DNA of 32,000 nt from an uncultured bacterium (GTDB lineage: Bacteria > Patescibacteriota > Gracilibacteria > UBA1369 > PNNO01). Under the pieces are notes generated by a model that made no database searches, was not told the origin of the DNA, and was given only the letters and a program-made list of their open reading frames with translations. Numbering within the stretch: the stretch's first letter is position 1; each line of letters opens with the position of its first letter. The position numbers and the translations under genes were made by a program. Location of the stretch: the NCBI GenBank assembly GCA_963704705.1, contig OY969931.1, positions 630,001 through 662,000 on the forward strand. Reading direction: 5' to 3'. This document shows positions 8,358-16,986 of this stretch, piece after piece.

Positions 8358-8804
8358 CCTTACCTCCTGGGGCCGTGCCCCTCATGTTGTGGGGGACACG
8401 AGTTCCCCGGCTTCGATCATTGCGCTCATCAATGCATTATTGCAGTGACGAGCAGTTTTCTCACCTTATAAACTCTGCAACACATTATTGTATTGCAGTT
8501 AAAATAATTTATATTACAGACACCGAGAGTAGTACTACCTGTTAAATTCCACAGAATGTTACTGAAAATTTAATCAAGCAATACGCTCCCGATGTTTAAA
8601 CTTCTGATTTTCAAAGAACAATAACTCTTGCAAAGACACAATAGTGCCCTATTTAAGAGAATTGATTAAATCCTTTTGTATTAATACATTTGACTTTTCA
8701 TAATAAAGTATTATTGCACAATATAAACAAAGGATGTAAATATAAACCAAAAACAACCTTATGTCAAGCATAAATACTTTTTATTGCATTTAAAAAAAAA
8801 GCTT

Positions 8805-9590
8805 TTAATTGAAGTAATCTGCTCTTCCAATAAGCCTAATTCTATTGAATGGCCATAAAACAACCCATGCACGGCCCTCAATATTTTTACGAGGTAGGAA
8901 ATAAGCCTCTTCTCCGCGGCAGCCACCCTGAAAAGCATCTCTGAAGCAGCTTCTGGAATCTGTACTGGCAACTCTGTTATCACCCATTACAAAGTATTCA
9001 TCATCCGGTACTGTAAATGTAGTTACTCGGTTTGTACTTGGAAGTGTGTTTCCGGAATTGGTATCATTTAAATATGGTTCGGGTAATTCATAACCGGTTT
9101 CATATTCATCATTAAATAGAAAAACCTTTCCATCAATAAGTTTGATTGTATCACCGGCGACGCCAATTATTCTTTTAATATAAAATTCACCTTCATTACC
9201 AGGAGGATGAAAAACAATAATATCTCCACGATCGGGATCACTTATGCTCCATCCAAAAAAATCTTTATAAACAAGCTTATTAACGATTATATATTCACCA
9301 TAGCCCTGATGGCATTCACCATCCAAATTATTTAAAGTGTCACACATTGAAGGTCCGAATACTTTAAATGGTGAAGCAATAAATGTCTGAATTAAAAATA
9401 CCAATCCAAAAACAATAACAAGATTTAATGCCAAATCAAGAATAAAAGAAATCAACTTACTTTGTTTTTCTTCTGGTTGCGAAGTCTCTATAGCAGCATT
9501 AATCCCTGTTGTTTCAGGAGTAACAGGTTTCGCAGGTTTATTAAAGATTTCCGCTACATCCTGTTGGTCTTTGTTTTCAGTATCATTCAT
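8805..9590 (-). CDS. lepB: Signal peptidase I
   Basis: 261 aa with an N-terminal TM helix, GPSMCDTL (catalytic Ser box), KRIIGVAGD (Lys box) and GDNRVASTDSR (box E). Confidence 0.9.
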   Translation of the reverse strand: MNDTENKDQQDVAEIFNKPAKPVTPETTGINAAIETSQPEEKQSKLISFILDLALNLVIVFGLVFLIQTFIASPFKVFGPSMCDTLNNLDGECHQGYGEYIIVNKLVYKDFFGWSISDPDRGDIIVFHPPGNEGEFYIKRIIGVAGDTIKLIDGKVFLFNDEYETGYELPEPYLNDTNSGNTLPSTNRVTTFTVPDDEYFVMGDNRVASTDSRSCFRDAFQGGCRGEEAYFLPRKNIEGRAWVVLWPFNRIRLIGRADYFN

Positions 9591-9650
9591 AAGCTTTCTT
9601 GAAAATTCTTATAGAGATTACATTAAAAACCAGCATCGGATCAATAGAAT

Positions 9651-11570
9651 TTATCCAAGATTTGCCTCAAATTCATTGGCAACTTCAGCAGTAAACTTTG
9701 AAGCACCTGTTTCTGTAAGAATTTTTACGCGATATATAGCTTCAGCAACCTGTTCACGTGTCATTGGTTCATTTGGTTTGAATTGTCTTCCTTCATATTC
9801 AATCAAATTTTTATCAATTGCGAATCTTACATAAGGCGCATACCACTGATTTTCATCAAGATCGGTGAATGTAAACTTTTTAACATTCGGATTAACATCG
9901 ATATTCATTGCTTCAATAAGCATTTTTAAGAATTCGACTTTATTTACAGAATTTGTAGGTTTAAATGTTCCATCAGGATATCCTTCAATTATTCCTTTTT
10001 TCATAGCTGTATAAATATATGAGGCATACCACTGATTTGAGTCAATATCCTTAAATGAAAGTGTTTTAGCATCAAGCAAGTCGGTACCCAATCCTTCTAA
10101 AATAAATTTTGTTACTTCAACTCTTGAAACAGAGTTATTTGGTTTAAATGTACCATCAGGATATCCTTCAATTACCCCCTCGTTTTTTAAGAATTTAATT
10201 GCCTGATAATGTGGATCTATTTCAGCGATATCGGCAAATAATGTGTTTTTAGAAAATGTTATACTTTCTTTAATTACTGTATCTGATTTTATTCTAAGTT
10301 GTAATTCCGCAGTACTTCTTGGAGTAACCTCAATTTCCGCAACCCCATTAATAAAGTCCTTTGCTGATAAGCTATTTGGTTCAATTATTGCAACCCCTGT
10401 TTTTGCATCTATTCTGATTTTTTCTTCTGGTGCGAAATCTGTAATAACATCACCGTTTGCATCTAAAGCTTTAATTAAAACTTTGGTTTTTTTTCTATAT
10501 TCAAATGCTTGAGAAGCTACTATTTCAAAATCAGCCAACAGAGTTGGTTCTGCATTATTTGTATCTACATTTAAAGGTTCGGCAGTAATAGGTTCAGCTG
10601 AAACTGGTGCCGGAAGATTTACAACTTCTTCTATTATTGGTTTTGTTGCCGGTTCTGTTGCTGGCTCTTCATAATCATAAACTGTTCCGTTTAAATACTT
10701 TTGCACATAAACCATTGGATTTATAGTGTTTGCTATAGCAATATTTTGATTCAAACCCTTGTTTATCGCATCAGTAAAACTCATACCGGCATTTGCAGCT
10801 TCTTGTGAAGTAAATGGCCAAAATGGATGCCAGTCAACAGTATCTCTGTCTATTTGAAAGTGTAGATGAGGTGTTGTTGAAAGTCCTGAACTTCCACTGT
10901 AGCCTATTAGATCTCCTTTCTTTACTATTTGCCCTTCACTTACGTTAATTGAACTTAAATGCGCATAATTTGAATAAATTGTTTCTTTTATGTTTGGATT
11001 ATTCAAAGTTGGAGCATCTGGATGTTTAATAACAATATGATTGCCAAATCCAGTGCTTAATTGTGCTACTTTACTTACTTCACCATTTGCAATTGCATAA
11101 ACTGGTGTACCCATTGGCGTTTTTATATCTACAGCTAAATGACTACCGCTATACTCTGTACCATCTAATTCGTAATTACCCATATATGGTACTGAAAATG
11201 TGATTTTTGCATTTCTTACTGCATCATCTGCTGGGTTTCCCCAGGTTAAGTTATTTACACTTATTTTAAGTTTATTTGGATCATAAACAGGTAGATTTGT
11301 TAATTTATTTGAAGGTAACTGGTTGTATGTTTCACTATATTCAGCCGTAGTAAGTGCAACCCAATTTGGTGCTTTGCGAATAGGCAAAACAGTACCGTCA
11401 AAAGCAGGTACACTTTTAGTTGGAATTATACTTGTTTTAAAATCAGTATAATTCAAATCAACCATGTATACTGCCAAACTCATAAATGCAAACATAGCAA
11501 GCCATGCAACAGCTTTTTTAATAAAATGCATTTTATGATCGGGATGTTTTTTGTATTTAAATTGTTTCAT
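9651..11570 (-). CDS. M23 family metallopeptidase with three C-terminal SLH domains
   Basis: 639 aa with an N-terminal TM/signal region. M23 motifs HLAVDI and GSSGLSTTPHLHFQI. Three SLH-like repeats, each containing GYPDGTFKP or a variant. Confidence 0.85.
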   Translation of the reverse strand: MKQFKYKKHPDHKMHFIKKAVAWLAMFAFMSLAVYMVDLNYTDFKTSIIPTKSVPAFDGTVLPIRKAPNWVALTTAEYSETYNQLPSNKLTNLPVYDPNKLKISVNNLTWGNPADDAVRNAKITFSVPYMGNYELDGTEYSGSHLAVDIKTPMGTPVYAIANGEVSKVAQLSTGFGNHIVIKHPDAPTLNNPNIKETIYSNYAHLSSINVSEGQIVKKGDLIGYSGSSGLSTTPHLHFQIDRDTVDWHPFWPFTSQEAANAGMSFTDAINKGLNQNIAIANTINPMVYVQKYLNGTVYDYEEPATEPATKPIIEEVVNLPAPVSAEPITAEPLNVDTNNAEPTLLADFEIVASQAFEYRKKTKVLIKALDANGDVITDFAPEEKIRIDAKTGVAIIEPNSLSAKDFINGVAEIEVTPRSTAELQLRIKSDTVIKESITFSKNTLFADIAEIDPHYQAIKFLKNEGVIEGYPDGTFKPNNSVSRVEVTKFILEGLGTDLLDAKTLSFKDIDSNQWYASYIYTAMKKGIIEGYPDGTFKPTNSVNKVEFLKMLIEAMNIDVNPNVKKFTFTDLDENQWYAPYVRFAIDKNLIEYEGRQFKPNEPMTREQVAEAIYRVKILTETGASKFTAEVANEFEANLG

Positions 11571-11637
11571 TTTTATTTTGATTTATTTTTGTTTTTCTAA
11601 TATAGTATTATACCAAATTTTCAGGTAAAATTCAACC

Positions 11638-12096
11638 ATGTCCGAATTTAAAAAACCCTTCGAAATAAAGTCAAATTCAGAAGAGAAAACGCAGGAAATT
11701 GCTAAAAATTTTGCTGAACAAATTAAAAATTCCAGAATAATCTTATTAAATGGTCTGCTTGGAGCTGGAAAAACCACATTTGTTAAAGGTTTTGCTATCG
11801 CTCTTGGTGTTGATCTTAACCAAATAAAAAGTCCCACTTATACATATTTCAGAACATATCAAGGATTGAATAAAAAAATTGTTCATTTGGATTTATATCG
11901 AATGGATAATTTGAATGTTGAATTTCTTGAAGAATTGCAGGAATACTTGGAAAATTCTGAAAATGTGATTATTATAGAATGGCCTGAAAAAATTCAGGAT
12001 TATTTGCCTCCTGACAGACATGAAATTATGTTTGAACATGGTGAGCAATCAAATGATCGATTATTAAAAATTTATTATGCTGATACCAGAAGCTAA
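11638..12096 (+). CDS. tsaE: tRNA threonylcarbamoyladenosine (t6A) biosynthesis ATPase TsaE
   Basis: 152 aa with P-loop GLLGAGKTTFVKG, the SPTYT motif and HLDLYR, typical of TsaE/YjeE. Confidence 0.85.
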   Translation: MSEFKKPFEIKSNSEEKTQEIAKNFAEQIKNSRIILLNGLLGAGKTTFVKGFAIALGVDLNQIKSPTYTYFRTYQGLNKKIVHLDLYRMDNLNVEFLEELQEYLENSENVIIIEWPEKIQDYLPPDRHEIMFEHGEQSNDRLLKIYYADTRS

Positions 12097-12685
12097 ATCA
12101 ATAGTAATGGAACATCATTTGCCTGATCACATTATTCGTCATTGTGAAAAGGTACGCAAAATAGTCCAATTAATAGGGGAAAAGTATGCTGAAAAAGGTG
12201 TGAAAATAGACTTGGAAAATTTAATATCCGCAGCTTTATTGCATGACCTTTTTAGAATTGCTGATATTCCTGATGAAAGTTATCAAAATCTTCATGCTGC
12301 TGCGGTAAAATACGACCAGGTAACTTGGGATTCAATTAGGAATAGATATAAAGGAAAGACCCATGCACAGGCAGCATATGATTTTTTTATGCTTAAAGGA
12401 GAAGAAAAACTGGCTTTAATGATAAAAAAACATTATTTTTTCGCCATTTTAGATCCAATTGATAAACCAACCACATTAGAAGAAAAAATTCTTTCATACG
12501 CTGATAAAAGAGTTATGCACGATAAAATTGTATCTTTAAAAGAAAGATTTGAAGAAGGCAGTCAAAGACATAATCCGAATCATGAAAATATGGATGGAAT
12601 TCAGAAAATTTATGATGCTTATTATTCTTTGGAAAAAGAACTTTTAGAGCCAATAAATCTAAAACCTGAAGACATTAAAGAATAG
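12077..12685 (+). CDS. HD domain phosphohydrolase
   Basis: 202 aa with H..H...V and the LLHDLFRIAD HD motif. It overlaps tsaE by 20 nt. An alternative start at 12107 is possible. Confidence 0.7.
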   Translation: MLIPEAKSIVMEHHLPDHIIRHCEKVRKIVQLIGEKYAEKGVKIDLENLISAALLHDLFRIADIPDESYQNLHAAAVKYDQVTWDSIRNRYKGKTHAQAAYDFFMLKGEEKLALMIKKHYFFAILDPIDKPTTLEEKILSYADKRVMHDKIVSLKERFEEGSQRHNPNHENMDGIQKIYDAYYSLEKELLEPINLKPEDIKE

Positions 12686-14333
12686 TATTTAATTGATCCC
12701 TTGTCTGAGGACCTACTTTTCCTGCACCGGGATCATTTTGCGAAGTAATTATGCCTTTCTCAAGCTGAAATGCGATAACTGCATCTTTGGTTACATCTCC
12801 AAAATAATCAGTGATTATAGTTCCATCAAAATAACCTAATTCTTTTAATTTTTTTTGAAGTGTTTCTACATCGTTTCCTTTGCTTCCATAAACTAAATCA
12901 TTTATAAAATCCTGTGCTTGTTCAGCTATATATACTTTTTCTTCATTTTTATTATATTCTGCGGTTTTTGATGCGATCAGCTGTTTGGTATTAGCTCTGT
13001 ATCCTAAAATTCCATTTAATGCATTTCTTGTTGAAGGACCGAAGACTCCTGCACCTGCATCTGATCGTGCAGTTATAATTCCTTTTCTCTGCTGGAATTT
13101 ATAAACAGCGTTTTCAGTTACTTCTCCAAAAAAACCAGTTGGTTCAATTCTAAGCAAATTTATTTTTTTTAATTCTTCCTGAAGAATTTTCACTTCATTC
13201 CCTGAATCACCTTTTTGAAGAGTTGTTTCGAATGGATCGTAATCAGCCTGAGCTATGATATCAGTTTGAATCGATTCATTTTCCGGCTCTGACAAGGCAA
13301 TTACTTTATTTGATAACACTTCATATGTCTGAGGGCCAAAATATCCGGCACCTAAATCATTTTCATCATCAACTATTTCATTGTCCTGTTGAAATTGAAA
13401 TACAGCCTGAACAGTTTTTTCATCATAAATACCATTAACTTCTACCTCATAGCCCATTTTTTTCAATGCTTCCTGTAATTTTCTTACTTCATCTCCTTCG
13501 TCATCTTTTCCTAAATTATAATTTGGAACTATATTTTTTCTTTTTTTAAGGATTGCTGCTTCAATTTCTCTTCTGGTTCTTACTCCAAAATATCCGGCAC
13601 CGAATTCTGTTTCATTATCTACTATTCCTTCATTGATCTGGAATTGAATTACTGCTTTATAAACTGCATCCCCATAATATCCATCTATTTTTCCTTTATA
13701 ATATTCTAAATCAGTTAAATATTGTTGTAATTCTTTTACCTTATCACCTGACTCTCCATACCAAAGATCTTCTTTAAATATTTTTTGTTCATCAATTATT
13801 TTTTCAATAAATTTTTCAGCTTCTGTAAATCCTTCCAAATATACATTTTCTTTTATTCCCGGATCAATACCGTAAACAGTTACCTGAACTGATCTTTTAC
13901 CCCAACCAAGTGCTCGTGATAATCCTTGATCACCATAACCCATCCAAACATCCAACCTATCAAAAGATTGGCCTCTCTCACCTGCATGAACAATTGCTCC
14001 TCCGCGGTCGTGTACCGCAACTATACCTATTCCCGGAATATTCATTTTAGTTCCAAAAGGATAGGCTGATGGGGCTGCAATCATCCCAGGGTAAACCGGA
14101 GTGCCGTCAGCACTATTAACACCGCTACCATTTAATCTTATATCTCCTTCATAACTGCCTGTAACATATCGTTCCTGGCCCGGTATCGGGGAATAATATG
14201 CACTTATGGTAAACATGTCCTGGTAAGCTGCACGTGCAATTTGATGCATTACTAAATAGGCAATTAAACCTATGATCGCAAGAACTACATATTTAAATTT
14301 AAAATTATAACCGTGGTAGTTGTTTATATTCAT
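12675..14333 (-). CDS. 3D-domain (MltA/YabE-like) cell-wall protein with four PG_binding_1 repeats
   Basis: 552 aa with an N-terminal TM helix. 3D-domain signature FGTKMNIPGIGIVAVHDRGGAI...FDRLDVWMG. Four repeats of the G(D/N)xVxxLQxxL...G.FG..T..AV..FQ type. Confidence 0.75.
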   Translation of the reverse strand: MNINNYHGYNFKFKYVVLAIIGLIAYLVMHQIARAAYQDMFTISAYYSPIPGQERYVTGSYEGDIRLNGSGVNSADGTPVYPGMIAAPSAYPFGTKMNIPGIGIVAVHDRGGAIVHAGERGQSFDRLDVWMGYGDQGLSRALGWGKRSVQVTVYGIDPGIKENVYLEGFTEAEKFIEKIIDEQKIFKEDLWYGESGDKVKELQQYLTDLEYYKGKIDGYYGDAVYKAVIQFQINEGIVDNETEFGAGYFGVRTRREIEAAILKKRKNIVPNYNLGKDDEGDEVRKLQEALKKMGYEVEVNGIYDEKTVQAVFQFQQDNEIVDDENDLGAGYFGPQTYEVLSNKVIALSEPENESIQTDIIAQADYDPFETTLQKGDSGNEVKILQEELKKINLLRIEPTGFFGEVTENAVYKFQQRKGIITARSDAGAGVFGPSTRNALNGILGYRANTKQLIASKTAEYNKNEEKVYIAEQAQDFINDLVYGSKGNDVETLQKKLKELGYFDGTIITDYFGDVTKDAVIAFQLEKGIITSQNDPGAGKVGPQTRDQLNTIL

Positions 14334-14461
14334 TTTTGTTTTGATAATTTTTTATTTTTTATCTTAATATTATGCCACAAAATCAAAGTTTTTTCCTCTA
14401 CTAAGTGTAGACATAACAAAAAACATGTTGCATAAGTATTTTCGGCTTTTGAAAGGGATTT

Positions 14462-16924
14462 TTACATTATCGCTCCGATTCTTCGAAGGATTTCTCTATC
14501 AACAAAAGATTTGTCGCGACCATAAGTTAATCTTGAAAGCTGTTTTACGCCTTCTGCAATTGCAGAATCGCCTTTTTCAGTGTGCGGATTTATCGGAATA
14601 ATACTAAAAGGTTTTGAAGGCTGTGTATCAATCGAAAGTTTCATCACAGCTTTAAATTTATCAATATTTACCAAGTCCTGCTCTGAAAAAACAGGTCCAA
14701 ATTCTTTTGCCAAATATTCTGCATCCTGTGCACCAACCTTATAAGCCATCATTGACCCGACGTTACCGAAAACTGCATCTTTAACTTTTGATTTACCATC
14801 ATCACCTTCAAGCTGCTTAATATACTGATGCGCCATAATCAAACCTAAACGGTATTTTCTGGCTTCAGATAGTATAGTTTCAATACTTTCCGTAATGTAG
14901 TTTTGGAACTCATCAATATATAAAAAGAAATCTTTTCTGCCTTCTTTTCCAACATTCTGCCTGCGAAGCGCAGCCATTTGAATTTTTTGTACAATTATAA
15001 GACCAAGCAGTTTTGAGTTAATTTCACCTGTTGTGCCTTTAGAAAGATTCATTAAAAGAATTTTGTTTGTATTCATGGCATCGGCAAAATCAAAACTTGA
15101 TCTACTTTGTCCGATGATATTCCTCATCATTGTGTTTGTAACAAATTGTCCGAATTTTGAAGCGAAGTAGGGGATCATCTCTTGCTTTTCTCTTGCACCG
15201 GTTTTAGCCATCTGATGTTCCCAGAATGATTTAACAATAGGGTTTTTAACATTCTGGATTTTTAGTTTTTGATATTCATCATCTGTAAATAACCTGACTA
15301 TATCGGTTAATGCGCCACCTTCCGGATCATCCATTAAAGTCAAACAGCCGTTTCTGAAATAATCCTGAATACGAGGTCCGAATATTTCTTCATTAAACAG
15401 TTTGATCATAATATTCATGGCATCCAAAGCAACAAGTTCCTTTTCTTCATCAGTTTCACCTTCAAGCAAATTAATACCAATCGGTCTTTCCAAATCAGAA
15501 GGATTAAAGTAAATAACGTCATCAGCACGCTCACGTGGAATAAAAGGCAAAATATCTTCAATAAGAGAGCCGTGCGGGTCAATAATACATAATCCTTTGC
15601 CATTTTTAAGGTCCTGGCGGATCATAACCTGCATAATCGAAGATTTACCTGTACCTGTCTGCCCAATAACATAAAAGTGCCTAAAGCGGTCTTCATTTTT
15701 AATATAAATGGGTTTTTTATCACCACGATAATAATTGTAACCCAGTAATACCCCTTCGGTTGGCGTGTTGGTAGGTGCAGGCGCTATTTTAAATCTTTGC
15801 CACGCAATAACAGGTGATCTGTTATATTTAGTATTTGGAATATGAAATAAACTCGCCAATTCCTCGCAGCTTAATACCGCCATTGGCTGCTTAAAAGAAC
15901 TTACTAACGTTCTTTTAAAACTTCGAAAAATAAAATCTTTTATAAGTTTATTATCAGAGTGCCAATATGTACTTATAAATCCATTTCCTTCAGTGCTTGA
16001 GTATTGTCCAAAAGCACTTCTTATATTAACTAAATGATTTTTTAGTTCATTTTTTGTTTGAGCTGAAGCCACAACTCTAATTATTGTTTCCCAGCCTGGT
16101 TGCGAATTTTTTTCTTCAATGGCTTTTACTTCTTCTTCAATGGCAGGAGTTGTCCTTCCTGTATCAGGTGCGCTAGGGGTAGCAGCTTGATCTCCTTTCA
16201 TAAACATATCAAACAGCGCACTTATCCATGAAAGCGGATTAAGAGGCGAACGTAATTTTGGTTTTTTATTATACATACTTTCAGCAGCCTGCTTACCTTT
16301 TTTCTGCCAACCATCTTTTTTTGGCCTTATCATAATCTGAATAGCAGCACCTTCTTCAAGTTTAAATTTCGATAATGCATTAACAATATTGTTTAGCGGA
16401 TCTGAATTTAATCTTGTATAAGATTTGAAAGGTATAATGTAAGGTTTTGCCAATCTCAAATAATTACCTGCTGATTTATAGTTTTTATTGAAAATATTAT
16501 AATCTCCCACTTTTTCAATAAAGCAATCAGGGTAAAAACTGGTAAGTTGTTTTTCAATCAGGTTTTCAAGATTTCCAGGACAAACAATATAAAAATTTAT
16601 TTCTCCTTCAATTACTGCATATTCAAGAGATAAAAAGTCTTGTCCATGCGCTTTGTATCTGAATCTGCTTTCGTAAATGCTGTATAAAGAAGTGAAAAAA
16701 TGGGTCATTACGCCCAATACTTCTTTGAAATCTTTTCCTGTTGAAAAGGCTTCACTTTCTCTTTCTCTGTCTTCTTTGGATTCATTTTGAGGTACAAGTA
16801 TCTTAAGGAACACCATATCAAGTGTTCTTCTGAAGTTTTTGTATTTTCTAAATAGAAGCAGAGCAGTAATAGCTACTGCTGCAATCACTAAAACTCCAAT
16901 TAGTATGCTTAAAAAAAGTTCCAT
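14462..16924 (-). CDS. Membrane-anchored VirD4/TraD-like (FtsK/HerA superfamily) ATPase
   Basis: 820 aa with an N-terminal TM helix, Walker A GQTGTGKS, Walker B-like FFLYIDEFQNY and ARKYRLGLIMAHQ. The overall layout resembles type IV coupling proteins. Confidence 0.6.
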   Translation of the reverse strand: MELFLSILIGVLVIAAVAITALLLFRKYKNFRRTLDMVFLKILVPQNESKEDRERESEAFSTGKDFKEVLGVMTHFFTSLYSIYESRFRYKAHGQDFLSLEYAVIEGEINFYIVCPGNLENLIEKQLTSFYPDCFIEKVGDYNIFNKNYKSAGNYLRLAKPYIIPFKSYTRLNSDPLNNIVNALSKFKLEEGAAIQIMIRPKKDGWQKKGKQAAESMYNKKPKLRSPLNPLSWISALFDMFMKGDQAATPSAPDTGRTTPAIEEEVKAIEEKNSQPGWETIIRVVASAQTKNELKNHLVNIRSAFGQYSSTEGNGFISTYWHSDNKLIKDFIFRSFKRTLVSSFKQPMAVLSCEELASLFHIPNTKYNRSPVIAWQRFKIAPAPTNTPTEGVLLGYNYYRGDKKPIYIKNEDRFRHFYVIGQTGTGKSSIMQVMIRQDLKNGKGLCIIDPHGSLIEDILPFIPRERADDVIYFNPSDLERPIGINLLEGETDEEKELVALDAMNIMIKLFNEEIFGPRIQDYFRNGCLTLMDDPEGGALTDIVRLFTDDEYQKLKIQNVKNPIVKSFWEHQMAKTGAREKQEMIPYFASKFGQFVTNTMMRNIIGQSRSSFDFADAMNTNKILLMNLSKGTTGEINSKLLGLIIVQKIQMAALRRQNVGKEGRKDFFLYIDEFQNYITESIETILSEARKYRLGLIMAHQYIKQLEGDDGKSKVKDAVFGNVGSMMAYKVGAQDAEYLAKEFGPVFSEQDLVNIDKFKAVMKLSIDTQPSKPFSIIPINPHTEKGDSAIAEGVKQLSRLTYGRDKSFVDREILRRIGAIM

Positions 16925-16986
16925 ATTTATTTTTACTCTTATATATATTATACCCTAAAATATGGTCTTTTGGAAGCTATAAACAC

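Noticed and set aside
7260-8545. Eight additional ORFs in the track overlapping the GC-rich island on both strands: 7260-8021(+), 7402-7584(+), 7427-7753(-), 7525-7911(-), 7867-8448(+), 7990-8385(-), 8018-8545(+) and 8076-8270(+).
   Set aside because: These are shadow ORFs caused by the scarcity of stop codons in about 60% GC DNA. Their translations are degenerate and rich in Arg, Ala, Gly and Pro. None has a ribosome-binding site, and several run across the compositional boundary. Only 7398-8357(-) has AGGAGG, a TM helix and GC3-biased codon use.
7330-8804. An IS element, transposon or prophage remnant as the vehicle of the island.
   Set aside because: There is no transposase, integrase or phage gene. 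I could not find terminal inverted repeats or a convincing target-site duplication by eye. The only junction similarity (ATAAAT plus a T run at 7312-7327 and 8772-8785) is weak in AT-rich DNA.
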